From: Lama glama
Lineage: Eukaryota
Direction of reading: 5' to 3'
DNA: 64,000 nucleotides
NCBI GenBank assembly: GCA_028534125.1
Contig: CM052817.1
Coordinates: 55,492,001-55,556,000 of the forward strand
Shown here: positions 40,370-53,982 of the stretch, in pieces
How positions within the stretch are numbered: the first letter of the stretch is position 1
Layout of the letters: each line of letters opens with the position of its first letter
Notes under the pieces: model-generated
What the model saw: only the letters and a program-made list of their open reading frames with translations
The model's database searches: none
What the model was told of the DNA's origin: nothing
Translations under genes and position numbers: made by a program

Positions 40370-41290
40370 TTATGAAAGGTGTTTTCAGGTAAAACAAAAG
40401 CTGAGAGAATTCATTGCTAAATATTTGAAGAGACATTTCATAAGAGAAGATATATGATTGATTAACAAATATATGTAAAAGATGTTCAAAATTACAATTT
40501 AAAATATATTCAGAATCACGTTACCTATGAAAAATGCAAATAAACAAAATCAAATACTAATATACACACACTAAAGTAGGGCTAAAATTAAAATGACTAG
40601 TAACTAATTGTTGCCAAAAGTGTGCAACAACTAAAACTCAATACTATGCAGGTGGTGTGTTGCATACTAAACCACTTTAGAAAAGAGTTGACAGTTTTTT
40701 ATGTAAAAAAAAAAAAATATATATATATATATATATACCCACACACACAATTAACATGTCACTCAGCAGTTTCACTCCAGGGTAATCACCCGAGGAAAGT
40801 TAAAGCACATATCCATAAAAATACTTTTGTTCAAATATTCAGAGACTTTATTCAGAATAACCAGAAACTAGGGGGAAAAGGCAAATTTCCACCAAATGTA
40901 AATTAATAAACAAATGGTGTTGTGTTTATACTATAAATTACTTAGCAATGAAAGTGAAAGGACTATTGTTACTCAAAAATATATGGATAAAACTCAAAAT
41001 CATTTTGATGTGCAAAAGAAGATATGCGCAAAGATTACACAGTGTATGATTCTGTTATATTAAGGCCTAGAACTGATAAAAATAATCCACAGTAACAAGA
41101 AGCAAAGTAGTGGCTCCCTGACAATGGAAAGGGGTGTTGACTACAGGGCTCAAGTAAATTTTGAAGTGATAGAAATATTTTAAATCTTGAAGGGAGTAGT
41201 GATAACATGAGTGTCAAAAGTCAGCAAACTGTGCACACTTAAAATGTGTATTAAATATTAATTATACCTCAATAAAGTTAATTATTAAAA
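40370..41290 (+). mobile_element. Old L1M ORF2 3' part and 3'UTR
   Basis: agacatttcataagagaagatatatg, cagcagtttcactccagggt and attatacctcaataaag. Confidence 0.8.
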
Positions 41291-41984
41291 TTAAATATAT
41301 TTCTTAATAACCCTGCTTTGAAGAATATATCCTAGAATACTATGTAAAATATGGAGATGTAGTTAATGCTTAGAGATATTTGTTATATTTGTTATCAATC
41401 ATAATAGCATATCTATTGGGTGGGTTAAATATTCTATAATAGTGAAGTTAGGGTAATTCAATATGAAGAGATATTTGAGTCATTAAAAGTATTACTAGTA
41501 ATTCTTAAATATTAGATGTCTTTTAAATAAATCATTGGCATTTAAAGAAATGGGTAAAACATGACTTCAACAATCTAATAAATTAATAGGCATGAAGAGT
41601 AGTGTGAAAAATAATTCAAAGTCTCTAGCACTTAAAATTTTTTGTATTTGAGTTTTTTAGTTTTTTATTGTATTTTATAAAATTATTTGTTCTTACTACA
41701 TCTAACTTCTGAATAAAAAAATTTGAAAAGTGGTATAAAACACTTGGCTTATTGTTAAAGATGGTTAACAATGCTGTCAGTCTATGCGACATTGTTAGTC
41801 AACATCTATGAAATAAATTTTATTTTATATTTCATTCTTCAAAAAAATTCTTAGGTTTATTTACTCACTTTTGACAGAATAGCAAACCTTATATGACTAA
41901 TTCCATTGAACCCTGGTATCAGTATTTTGATAATCTTAAATGTTCCTGAATAATTCTTGTGTCATTGACAAACTGCATTTCAGA

Positions 41985-42180
41985 GGGTTGTAAAATCATG
42001 GGCTCTAGAATCAGACTTAAAAGTATGAGTTCCAGTAAGATTTGTGGCTTTGAACAAGTTACCGAAACTTTCTATCATTTGTAAAATGGAAAGTATAAAA
42101 AGAATGACAAATTAATGAATATACCTGAACCATTTGGAACAGTTACTGGAAGAAATGTTTCCAATAAATATACTTATTAT
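41985..42180 (+). mobile_element. MIR SINE
   Basis: catgggctctagaatcagac, ttgaacaagttac and tcatttgtaaaatgg. Confidence 0.7.
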
Positions 42181-43734
42181 TTTTCTATATCAGTTATTAT
42201 AAAAAGATATTAGATAACAGAAAACTTTTAAATATCAATATCTGTATCTATACAAATTTATCTGTCTCTGTCAATCTCTAAGTTGACATCTTAAATATAA
42301 TAAATGTTATATAAAATATCACATTATGACTTATTATTACTACTGCTGCTACTACTACTAGTAGTATTGTTATTATAATTTTTTGACTTTACATTCAAAA
42401 TTCGTTATGTTCATATAAATGTGTTATGGAATTAATAAAAGACATAACTGCAACTTGAACCATGTCTTCTAACTGCAAATTATATACCTTGTCCACCACA
42501 ATATAATAACTGATCTGTGAAATCAATTGGCTCTAAAAATTAAAATTTTTGAATATTAAAAAACCTGTACGAAGCTATGAAAAATAATTGTAGAATATGC
42601 TAAAGCTAGAAACAAAGAAGATTCTTTATAAGCAATCTAGTAATATGTTTGTATTTGAGTTTTGCAAATGTTTTATAGATTCCAGTGTTTTCACTTCCTA
42701 GTCCTACATAGGGTTGTGGCAAAGATCCTATTAGTATTAATTACAAAACTCTGTAACTGATGCTCAGAAACATTTCTTTGTAATGTGTAAAATTTTGAAA
42801 GTCATTATGAATATTATGAACTAAAATAATGCAAGTTGCTCTAAACTAAGAACATGTTATTGCTAAGCAATGGGTTTGGGCCAGCACTTTTGTTTGTTTT
42901 TATAGGACTTGACTGCAGCATTTTTCTTCAGAAAATTATGTTGACATTTGCAAAACTCAGCCAGGGTGAAGAATTTTCATATGAAATACAAACAGCCAAT
43001 CACTCTTCGTAAGTTAGGATACTAGAAATTTCAAAGGTAAATTTCACATCAAAGATTTCAAGTACATCTCTGATTCTGTGACATGGTCTGTGCAAAACAC
43101 GATCAGTTTACTCCATTTTCTCATTAGCTTACCCTACTAAAAGTTATGTTGTGGTTGGTTATTCATTCTACATTGCCTGTCTTCATGATATCATGTATAG
43201 GGAGGCGGAGATAGGGTGAACATGAGTTTGAGCAGTTTAATTTTTTATAAACATTATAATCTCATCAACAATATTTATTTTCTTTCATGTGGAAAGTACT
43301 CTCCTAATGTATAAAACCAGTGTTCATGGCACAATCCATCCCCTTTGAGATCCATCATTTGACTTGAAGACACAAAGACAACATTTGACAAGTTAAATTT
43401 ATATCTTAACGATAGTAGTACAAGGTAGTTAGTGATTTGCTTCATATATTTGTCTATGCGTGAAGTATGAGATACTGTATGCCATATATGAGAATGCAAA
43501 TATAAGTATAAATTTTATATACATATATGTGTGTGTATATATATATATATACACACACAGACATCTATATATCTATATGTGTCTAGTTTGGTTCATTTCA
43601 ATTTAACTCAGCATTTATTGACTACCAAATATGTATTAGATATTTGTTAAGTGTAGATGTGTATTGAGGTGAGGAAAGGTGAGAATGATGAGTAAATCAA
43701 AGCAGCTCACTGAAATTGTTAGGTAGATGGGTGG

Positions 43735-43855
43735 ATGAATAGATGGATAGATAGACAGGTAGGTGGATAGACAGATAATGTGGATAGGTGAGTGGAGGGA
43801 AGGAAGGAAGCAAGGAAGTACGGAGGAAAGAAAGCATGGGAGAAAGGAAGGAAAG
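43735..43855. repeat. (GATG/GATA)n and (GGAA)n low-complexity repeats
   Basis: Read directly from the sequence. Confidence 0.85.
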
Positions 43856-45144
43856 ACAAGTCTCCATTAGTTTTTTGAACTTGCTAAAATAGAATTTGTT
43901 TGAATTCTTGAGCAAGGAACTTTGCCTATGTTTCACGAAGTTGCTATTTCATTAGCATTGTATATATTTCATTTACAGTCAACCTTTTCAATGTAAATAC
44001 TCTCAGAAAAGGAAAAAATGGTGAAGTATGTCTCCAGCAGGTGTTAACAGACCTTTTTTTTTTTTAATTTAGCTGTTCCTTTATGAACCTTTTAATGAAG
44101 TGTCTGAGCTGGAATTAATCTTTGAAATGACATGGGAACCATTTTTATATAATAAGTACAACTGGCTTTGTCATCAAAAAATAGTTGTCTAATCTGCACT
44201 GCTATATGGTTTGGATTTCATGTAAGGAATGATAAACCATATTTTCCATGTTTTATTTTATATTCAATTTTATTTTTTATATTCAATTTTAAATGACTGT
44301 TCTTTGATATAAACAGAGGCAGTAAAATACATTTAGACTTAAATCTTTAATTGAAAGCATGTGTGGCTTTAGGAAACTTACCTTTCCTTTTCTTGTGTAA
44401 CTTTATCTAAAAAATAAAGAAAACATCTCTTATCTACTCAATTAGTAAACTGGTTGAATTAATGTCTATAAATAAGTGTTAAATATTGTGCATATTTTGT
44501 TCAGAATTTTCGAGTTCAGACCAAGACCATATTATGTATGCAATATGTAAACTATGAGTCACATTTTCTTTGACTTCCTCTTGCTTTCAACAGTGTGTAT
44601 GATATTTCTTCAAGGTGCTGCTTGACAATGTGAGGACAGAGTATTTTAGCCAAATACCTGTGGAGAGGGTAATGATGTCTCGTGCCTTCAAGATGGTGCC
44701 AACAAGCTTATCATCCATCTTAATTTCTCATGGCATGTTTATCTACTTAATTCACTGTGGCATGAAGGAGAGATGAAGACTGTATGACTGTATGCTTTTT
44801 TAGATGAGCTTGACAATATGCAATATCCTTTGCATCTCATTAGACCTGTGTATTAATAAAAAAAGAGAGGTAGGAAGAAAGAGAAAAAAACTCTGTCATT
44901 TAAATAGCCATTTGCTAGTTTTCTTTACAAACCATGACAGCAAACTAAGATTTCAAGAGGCCTGTGTACCCATAATCATAGGTAAGAAAGCATCTGCTAC
45001 ATGAATATTCTCTTGCCCTTTTAAAACAAAATTTTATATAAACTTGTTAATATTATTTTCACAACTCCTCTTCTTAATCTGTGCCAAGCAGTACTTCTGT
45101 GGGGAATTAAAGTACAATAGCCATTAAAATATGGAGTAGAAGTG

Positions 45145-45668
45145 TGCAACTGAGCAGGATCCTGTGGAGCCTTTCCCGAGACAAACCTCCCTCCTCCCAC
45201 GTGCCCTGCGTCTTGGTCGTAGACAAGCTTTAACCTCCTAGACCTTCTCTGAGTTCCAAAAAGCAAGTGTAAGAGAAGAGAGAAAACGCAGAAACAGAAG
45301 AGTCAAGCAAGACAAAACAATAACACTGACTGCGTGATGATCATGACCACATCCCCCCCCCACCCCCGGACTGACCAGAGCCTAAGGGCTGATAATGCAG
45401 ACCCCTAGACCTCACCTGGTTACCTCACCACCCACTGACCAGGAAACTGTGCACAAGCGGCTCACATACCCCACCACCTTCTCCCTCACTTTGTCTTTAA
45501 ACACGCTTCTCTGAAAGCCATCAGGAAGTTTGGATCTTTTGAGCATGAGCTACCTGTTTTCCTTGCTTGGCCCTGAAGTGAACACTATTTTCCTTTGCCA
45601 CGATCTGATGTCAGTAGATTGGCTTTGCTGTGTGGCAAGCAAGAGGACCCAAGTTTGGTTCAATAACA
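45145..45668 (+). mobile_element. ERV1-type solo LTR, related to 53983-54602
   Basis: TG..CA termini (tgcaactgagcagg ... ggacccaagtttggttcaataaca). Shares both ends and gtcagtagattggcttt with the reverse complement of the 54-kb LTR. Confidence 0.85.
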
Positions 45669-46454
45669 AAAGCCTGCAAATATTTTGAGTTGTACTTTTA
45701 TTCAAACTGAAGACTAAATCATACTTATTCTTCACTTAGAGAAAAGAATGTATGCCATTTTTGGATGTCATGTCCTAAAAACACCCAGAATTACGACAGT
45801 ATCTATATTAATTACTTAGCTTCAGGAATAATGCAAGTAACTATGTTCTCCAAAATAGAATATTATAAAACATATAGATTTATTTTAATAAAATTAATTG
45901 GAAGTTCATTCATGTTTTATCTAAAATCAGCTTCCCAGTAATTTTGGTTTTGTGGATGGTAAATTTATATTTAGTGTAGTATAACATTTTTAAGCTCTCC
46001 ACGTGTCGTAGATGTTTATGTAATTTTACTGTGCTGTAATTTATGTGTGGGAGGTTTCTGAATGGATGCCCCACCCACATTCTGTGGCACAGGACTCATT
46101 TCTGCCTATCTGTACACACTCAACAGAGCAGCACTGCCTCCAGAAATAGATGTTCTGCTCTCCAAAGGATGGTGTTGTCCAAGGTTCATCCTAGACAGGC
46201 ATAGGATACTTCAGGATACCTTATAGTTGAGTGGTGCTATTTAACCAAACCAAAGAATTTTAACTTCTATCTGGCTTTCAATCACTGACTTTTACATTTT
46301 ACTTAATTGATTTTTTTTATATTCAAATTTATTTTCTGCAAAGTAAAATAGAATCATTTACCATTTTTTAAACTAATTCTCAACTGTAAGAAACTGAAAT
46401 TTTTGAGGAGGAAGGTATAAAGACAGATTTTCTGGATAGAATATGCCATACACT

Positions 46455-46700
46455 CAGCATGGTGTGTAAAAGCTCTGGCCCCGGAATCTGGCAGACCAGG
46501 ATTATAATTCTCTTTGCTAGCTGTGTGACCCAGTAGAAATTACTTGATTTCACTTATACTTAACTCTTTCATCTATAGCATGAGGATGATAATATTACCT
46601 ATTTCAAAGGGTTCTTGTGAGAATAAGTGAAATATTTGTGAAAAATTTGTTTCTCTCTGTGCTCAGCATAAGTTACGTTAAATAAATGGTACCTATTGTT
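46455..46700 (+). mobile_element. MIR SINE
   Basis: ctagctgtgtgacc, ttcatctatagcatgaggatgataatattacc and gggttcttgtgagaataagtga. Confidence 0.8.
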
Positions 46701-48487
46701 ACCAATTAAGTCCCTGTTGTTTTCCAAAGATTGTTTCTAAGGGCAGTTTAATGACTCTCAACTGCAGTTTTGTTTGTTTGTTTTTAACTAGTTTTGAACA
46801 GTCACAAAAATGGAAATTCTTTTATCATTAATGTTTTAAATATGGGAGCTGTACAGAGAAATACTAAAATTTCTTATCTTGATAAACTATAAAATGTCCA
46901 TGTACTATAAAATGTCCTTCTCCACATGCCTTTCTATATGTCAATAATATATATTCAATCTATATATCAATATCATGTAAATAGCGAAAGATAATGTAAT
47001 TAAAAAAACATAGCTTAAGTTTCATGAGACATTGTCTATATAAATTTACACCTACTTAATCATTAAAAATATGTCTAACACTTTGCATTATTCTCGTAAA
47101 GTGGAATAGTGGACTGGTGATATTATCAGTGTATTTGTCAGCGATTGGAGAAGAATTGCTTATCTACTTCTGGGCTGTATTTTGGAGCCAAATGGTCTAA
47201 ATTAGCATTGTCATAGCATTCTAGCATTAGACTTGGATAAATTAGTTGTCTCTCCTGGTTGCCTAATTTGTGTGACTGATTTTGTACATAAACAAAAGTA
47301 GTTTAAATTGCCAGCATCAAAGCAGTATTCTAAACAAATTTACTTCTTCAGTTGCAGAGGGCAGTTTTATGATATATGAGTTTCCATCAGAATATTTGTA
47401 AATTAAATGGGCCTTACAAACCACTACTGATGAAATGCTAAGACCATTTTATTACTGAAATAAGATCCCGCATTAGAAAATTGTTAAAATGTATTTTTTC
47501 TTTTTTTGGAAGACAAATCATACATTTAGAATGCAGACTTTCATTTTCTAACTCTACCTGAAAAAATATACTGATTTCTTAGCTTGTTTATAAAAACAGT
47601 AAAACAGATGTTTCTTCTGTAGCCACCATTCCTGAAAGTATATTTTAATATAATTTTCTTTGATAGTAAAAAATATATATATACAAAGAGACTGAAAGAT
47701 GTGTTTTAACACTGCAGTTAGTAGGTGTATGTTTGTAGAATGTTGATCCTTATATTTTGAAACACAGCCTCTTCATACGGAACAAGTAAATACATTTTTA
47801 TTTTTCAATGTTGAATATTAGCAACATTATGAGATTTAATTCATATATGAAGCAACACACCAATTAAAATATAATTCCAGAGATGTTATAGTTAGTATCT
47901 AATTCCACTTTGTGAAAATTTGAATTGAAATGGAAAATAGATAGATTGTTAAAAACAAACTGTAGAATGCTTTATGGAGGACAAGATAAACTTGAAGGAT
48001 GAAGAATGAATTGATATTGTTTTCAATAACTCAGATTCATTATTCTGAACATGTAGTACATTTATAATATTCTATTAAACAATTGAATTTAACATTAATT
48101 TCTTCCCTCTGGTTGCATGTTCATGTCATGAATAGCAATGATTTCAAAAATTATAAGAGAGGTATTTATAAAACACTGAACTGCTAGGGAAATGATTCAT
48201 TCTTCATATTGGTAGTATTTTATATCCTACACCTCCCACTGATAATATAAAAATAATTCACCAGGATTAATGTTAGTACAATGAGCCAAGAAGCAAGAGT
48301 GATTTGCTACTTATTATTTACTGTTACCATTTAGGAATACTACAGTCCAGTACTATTAAAAGTATTAATACTCATAACTTGAATGAATTGAAATATAATT
48401 TTAAAAGAATAAGTATAAACTAAATAGTATGTACTCTCTATGTGATGGTTATATGATTTTCTTACTTTTACACTTGTGGTAAATTTA

Positions 48488-48638
48488 AACACTTAATTTT
48501 GAGTATGTGTTTGTTTTTAGGGGGCAGTAATTAGGTTTATTTACTTAATTATTTTAATGGAGGTACTGGGGATTGAACCAGGACCTCTTGCATACTAAGC
48601 ATGTGCTCTACCACTGAGCTATACCTTCCCTCAGCCAC
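48488..48638 (-). mobile_element. Camelid tRNA-derived SINE (vic-1-like)
   Basis: The reverse complement reads TATAGCTCAGTGGTAGAGCAC..GGTTCAATCCCCAGTACCTCC..AAACCTAATTAC. TSD tgtggtaaattta at 48475-48487 and 48639-48651. Confidence 0.9.
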
Positions 48639-48654
48639 TGTGGTAAATTTATTA

Positions 48655-48950
48655 TTTAAAAAAATTTTTTTAAGTTATTGAAGTATAGTCAGTTTACAAT
48701 GTATATCAGTTTCTGGTTACAGAATAATAGTTCAGTCATACATATACACATATATTCTTTTTCATATTCTCTTTCAATATAGGTCCCTACAAGACATTTG
48801 GTATAGTTCCCTGTGCTATGTAGTCTAAACTTATTGTTTACCTATTTTATATATAATAGTCAGCATCTGCAAGTCTCAAACTCCCAATTTGTCCATTCCC
48901 ACCTCCTTCCCACAATAACCATAAGTTTTTTTTCTGTGTCTGTTTCTGTT
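48655..48950 (-). mobile_element. Camelid L1 3' end, older subfamily
   Basis: attgaagtatagtcagtttacaatg, tatagttccctgtgctat and caaactcccaatttgtcc. Confidence 0.85.
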
Positions 48951-49249
48951 AGAAGAGTCGCTGAATATGTAGCAGGCCTCTTCTGAAAAACAGCTTACAG
49001 ATGTAGTTGAACCTAGAAATTCATCAAGCTGTCTACTTTTCATACCAGTTTGTTCTCTAGTCTTTTTTCTGAAGAGTGATGCATAGTATCTTATTAGAAA
49101 TTCTTGGTAGCAGGTGTATTTAAGAATTTATAATATCCCATAACTATAATATATGTGTAATAAAATTCATTAGCATATATAACATACTCTAGTTCATAAA
49201 TTTGTGGTCTGCAGGATATGCAGTGGCAATTCCAAAACTATTATATATA

Positions 49250-50680
49250 TACAGGAATAAGTGAATACATAAATGTATTGCAAATAATGTGAACTATGAG
49301 ACTGTGGAGAAAAGTCATAAATATAAGTATTACTTAAAATATTTTTCACTATTTACAATATTATAAGTAATGAAAGGAGGAAGGCTATAATAATCCCCGT
49401 GATGCTGAATTAGAATCAGAAATATTAGCACAACAGACACGTAGATACATACATTTTAAATAATAAATATATAAAAATTAAATTGTATAGATTGATAGGC
49501 ACAGAAATATGGGTGTGTGCATATGCAGTTGTGGGTGTACATATGTATATGTATATATACAATGTATACATATATACACACTACACACTCATACACATAT
49601 ATTTCAATGCTAAAGCCACTGAAAAGGCCTTGGACCAATGATATAGCAAAGAGCACAACCAACGTCCAGATCATGTTTCTTAGTATCATTCTCCAGGAAA
49701 AAGAACCAGAGCTACTTAAAGAAGTATTTGATTCCAGAGCTATTTTAGTGAAAATACAAAAGATAAGAATATTTTGTGGTGCCAGAAACACAGAATTGTT
49801 CCAGAAAGAATGAGATCATGTCAAAAGGACAAAGGAACTAACATGAAGAACCTCCTGAAGGCCAAGCTGAAATAATTTAAGCAACAAAATAAATAATGCT
49901 AGTATTGAATTATAATCACTAGAACAAATATCCATGAGTTCATATTTACATAAAATAATAACTGAATAATAAATAAATATGGGGGAGGTCATAGCTCAGT
50001 GGTAGAGCTGCTGCTTAGCATGCACGAGGTCTTGGGTTCAATCCCTAGTACCTTTGTTAAAAAAATAAATAAAAATAAACCTAATTATCTCCCCCCAAGT
50101 TAAATTAATAAATACATACATACATACATACATACATATGGAAGAGAAGGGACAGCTCTCCATTAGAAAAGAATTCAAATGAAAAATGTACAAGGAATGA
50201 GGCAAACATAAAATCACTATTAAGCAAATACCAGATTAATAATTATTGCAGGCATGCTCCAACCACAGATGATAAAATTGTAAGCAAAATTTAAAAATAG
50301 GATACTTGCATCATTTTAATTCATCTCTTCTGAGGCATTTTTAATAAAAAAAATGAATAATAGCAACATTACAATGGAGAAACCCTGCAGACAACAACTT
50401 TATGAAGTTTTCAAGGTTGGTATCACCTGTAATACATATGTCAAGATCATGGCCCATCTGTTATGTTGCACTGAAAAGGACATACCATAACTTCTGCTGT
50501 ATTTTTGTCAAAAGTGCAGAACTTTAATCTAATCAGACAATATCAGACAAATCCAGAGAGACATTCTTCCAATAATTTATTAGTCTTCTTCAAAAATACA
50601 AGGATCATGAAAGGCCAGGAATAACTGGAAACAGTCACAGACTGGAGAAGAGTAAGGAGATACAACTGAAAAAGTACTTC
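49250..50680 (+). mobile_element. L1MC/L1MD-like 3' region, interrupted by a SINE
   Basis: gagcacaacc..ccagatcatgtttct..cattctcca..aaagaaccagagct, catgtcaaaaggaca and aagcaacaaaataaataatg. Confidence 0.8.
49981..50138 (+). mobile_element. Camelid tRNA-derived SINE (vic-1-like) with a (CATA)n tail
   Basis: Pol III A box TAGCTCAGTGG (49992-50002), B box GGTTCAATCCC (50035-50045), an A-rich linker, then aaacctaattatctcccccc and the tail. Confidence 0.92.
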
Positions 50681-52187
50681 ATAAAAGAAATTCTTCACCA
50701 TTTGAGGAGTTACTTTGTAAACCAACCGAAGTGGAAAACAATGATACTGAATTTTTGTAAATGAATCCTTTGAATATCAATTGTATTTTGTTCAAAAACA
50801 TTTGGAAATATTTAATCAAAGTATTCAGCAAATACGGCTGAAGGATAATTTAGTTTCCAGTGCTTTTAGGGAAAAGTAATTATTGAGAGTCATGCAAACA
50901 GGTAGATATTATAATGTATCTGTGAAAAGCAAGGGAGCTAAACAAATGCAATAGAGAACTCAAAAAATATACAGGATTTAACTCAAAATTACAAAATTGC
51001 AGTTTGAAATGTCTCAGCTTCTGGTAAGAATATTTTGATGGAATTTATATTTCTAAATGGGTAAATTTGTATTCTGTGATAGAATTGAATGAAATTGAGA
51101 AAGCTTATTAATGCTGCATCTAAATTGGGCAAAATAGAAATAGTTATAGAGAAAATGAATTTATGAGATTTGTCTCACAAGAATGCTTGTTAAAGACAGG
51201 TACTTTGAATGGAGGCCAAAGGTGAACATCTATGAAAATAAATAATTGGACTGAAATATTTACACCTTTAAATACAAAAATACTAGAATTAAGTGTATCT
51301 TTAATTTCACAGGGTATACTCTGAGCTTACTCACCTCAATAGCTGTACAGAGTATCTATCAGTTAAAACTATTACTGTCAGTAGAGAAAATTTAGTTAAT
51401 GATGTCTATAATACCAAGTTTAGTAACCATAAATTTCAACTTTGAGTAAGACTGTAGGCAATTATATGAAATAAATATGAACATAATGAAAAATTACCCT
51501 TCGGAGAAACAGTATGGTGTTGGCAAGATGGTATTGGGGATAGATACAACCAAGAAATTTAGTAAATGACTATGCTCCAAAATTATTATACTCCATTATG
51601 TTATTTTTAATGTTTGATTAGTAAATATATGTTTCCTTTAATGTACACATTATTTTAATTATAAAGAATTTTGTTTGTTAAAATTGTGTTTGAATAAATT
51701 ATGAATTTATTACTCATTACAAAACTCTTCCAAAAAATGTAACATTTTAAAGAATTTTTAGCTCCCTTTCACTCACAAAAGTGTCTCTGTTGGATAACAT
51801 AGAGTATGTTTCATTAAAAAATTTGTTTAATAGTTACAGTAGTAATTCACTTAGTACAAATATGTAATCCAAATAAGAAAGTAGCCATGGATAAAGTTTT
51901 AGAGCTCTGACATAAGCAAGAAAGATTCCTCCTGCCATGTAAGGACTGTGAGCAAGTGTAAGATGATCAGAAAGGCTCAGTGAGAAAAACACAATGTATC
52001 CTGGAAGCTGAGAGTGCTTCAGTGATGTGAAGAAAAGAGAAAGAGTGTTTGGGGCAAAAAAAACCAAACATCGATCAGCAATCCCCAGAGACTAAACCTT
52101 CAAAAGATGATGCCTTTGGGTACTGTGATTGAAAGGGACAGTGGCACATGATAAAGGTGGAGGAGTGGGCAGTGAACATAGAGATCT

Positions 52188-52330
52188 GTTGTCCTAATCC
52201 TGTATCCTGGGAAACAGACCCTGTGACAGACGTTCACATAAGAATATTTTTTAAGAAGTGCTCTCGTCTGTAAGAGAGCGAGAGAAACACAGCTGAGCAT
52301 TAAGAAAAATTGAGTTGGCATGTGTTAGGT
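52188..52330 (-). mobile_element. LTR16-like fragment, followed by an old MLT1 fragment (~52400-52580)
   Basis: cctgggaaacagaccctgtgacaga..aagtgctctcg, then cacttctgcacacagctcattggtagagc. Confidence 0.55.
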
Positions 52331-53982
52331 GCCTGTCACATACATAGATTATATACCTCATAGGTTGTGTGTACCATATACAGATGGTTGTATAGTTAGA
52401 GGAAGAGAGAACGGGAGTGTTATGCTCTGGCTTTTATGTGCTTTGGTGAAAAGCACGAGTCACTTCTGCACACAGCTCATTGGTAGAGCAGTTCTTTGGC
52501 CCTGCTTAATTACATCGGGCCTGGAAAATGTGTAAGAAACATATGGGATGTTTGGTGAAGTTATCCCCTCTGCTACAGGAAATAAAGGAAGTATTCCAAA
52601 TAAGTAATGTCTGTCTACATCACCTATTATAGACTAATCAAAATATCAATAATATTTTTATGTGCTATCGCATGTGAGATTAACATAAAAAAATCACACA
52701 TATAAGTAGAGAATCAACACATATTTGTTGAATCAAATAAATGTGTAAATTTCAATGTGTTTTCATTTTTTTCAATTTTTATTCATAATGCATTTCAAAT
52801 TTTCTCCGAATGTGTCCTCCTTGGGAAGTTTTTCTCCCCCAGAATTGAATTTAATTGAAAGTTATGCCTGATTGTTTCAGCACTGCATAGTTAATAAATA
52901 TCTGAATACTTTGTTAGAAGGAAAGTTATGAATAGATACATTTTTGTATGCAGGATGATCATCTCATCTAAGAAATATATCCTGTGTGGATCTATTCCTT
53001 TTTATTGTACTCAGCCTGTGTGAGCTGCCCTATTTATTTCAAACATGTCTATTTCAGAGACAGAATGTTACCACCAGATTTCTTTACCATCCTCTAGGCT
53101 TTACCCAGAGGTAAACCAGGGTCAGATTTTAACTGACTACTATGTGGCTTGTTCTGATCAATTATTCTGAGGCCCTGAAATATTGACTCATGTAGCTAAA
53201 TAACAGGACCCTGAGTAAAGACTGGAAGACTGTGCATTTGTAATATAAAACAAGATATTTCCTGAAAGTTACACATTGTTGTGTTATTTGCTTCTTTAAG
53301 TACAAGCACCACTGATTAAGGCTAATAAATTAGCATTCAGTTTTCCTAAGGGAATATGGAATGGGGTGTGGCTGGGAGGGAACAAGAGGGAGATTTGAGG
53401 AATTGGGTTAAGATATTTCTGGCATTAAACATTCTGGCATTAAAAAAGAAAAGAATTGTCACTTCTAGAGACATTTTGCTATACTCTGAGGTGGGATACT
53501 AGATGGTAGCTCAGATATAATTGGGAGGAAACATGAATGAAATTTCTTGGGAGATGAAACATTTTACATCTTACTTGGCATGATGATTGCTTGAGTGTAT
53601 ATACACTGGCAAAAACTCATCAGCTGAATGCATCAGGTCTGTGCATTTCATCCTGCGTAAATTTTTTTCTCAGTAACAAAATATGATTTAGGCTCCTTGG
53701 AAACTCCAGGAATTAAGCTACTGTCAAAAACTTGAAAGATGTGATAGTGATTCCTATTTCATTTCTGTTTAATTCGTCAGCAGAATAAGTGCAAATCTGA
53801 AGATAGTGGAAAGTATCAGAAGTAACAATTATAATCAAAATTGGCATTTTTGCTAAGCAAATTATTCCAGTCCCTAGCATCTAGTATTCAGTTATTCCAA
53901 AGCAAAATGATGTAGTTCCTAGCCCATGAAATTCATATATTCTTCTGGAAATAGATTTCTTTTTTCCAACCCCCTCTGGTAA

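Noticed and set aside
49456..49813. Overlapping 111-aa and 98-aa ORFs
   Set aside because: They lie in an L1MC/MD 3' region and low-complexity TA/CA repeats.
49981..50055. tRNA-Ala-like gene
   Set aside because: It continues into a SINE body and A-rich tail, and has two diverged paralogues with TSDs in the window. It is a SINE head, not a tRNA gene.
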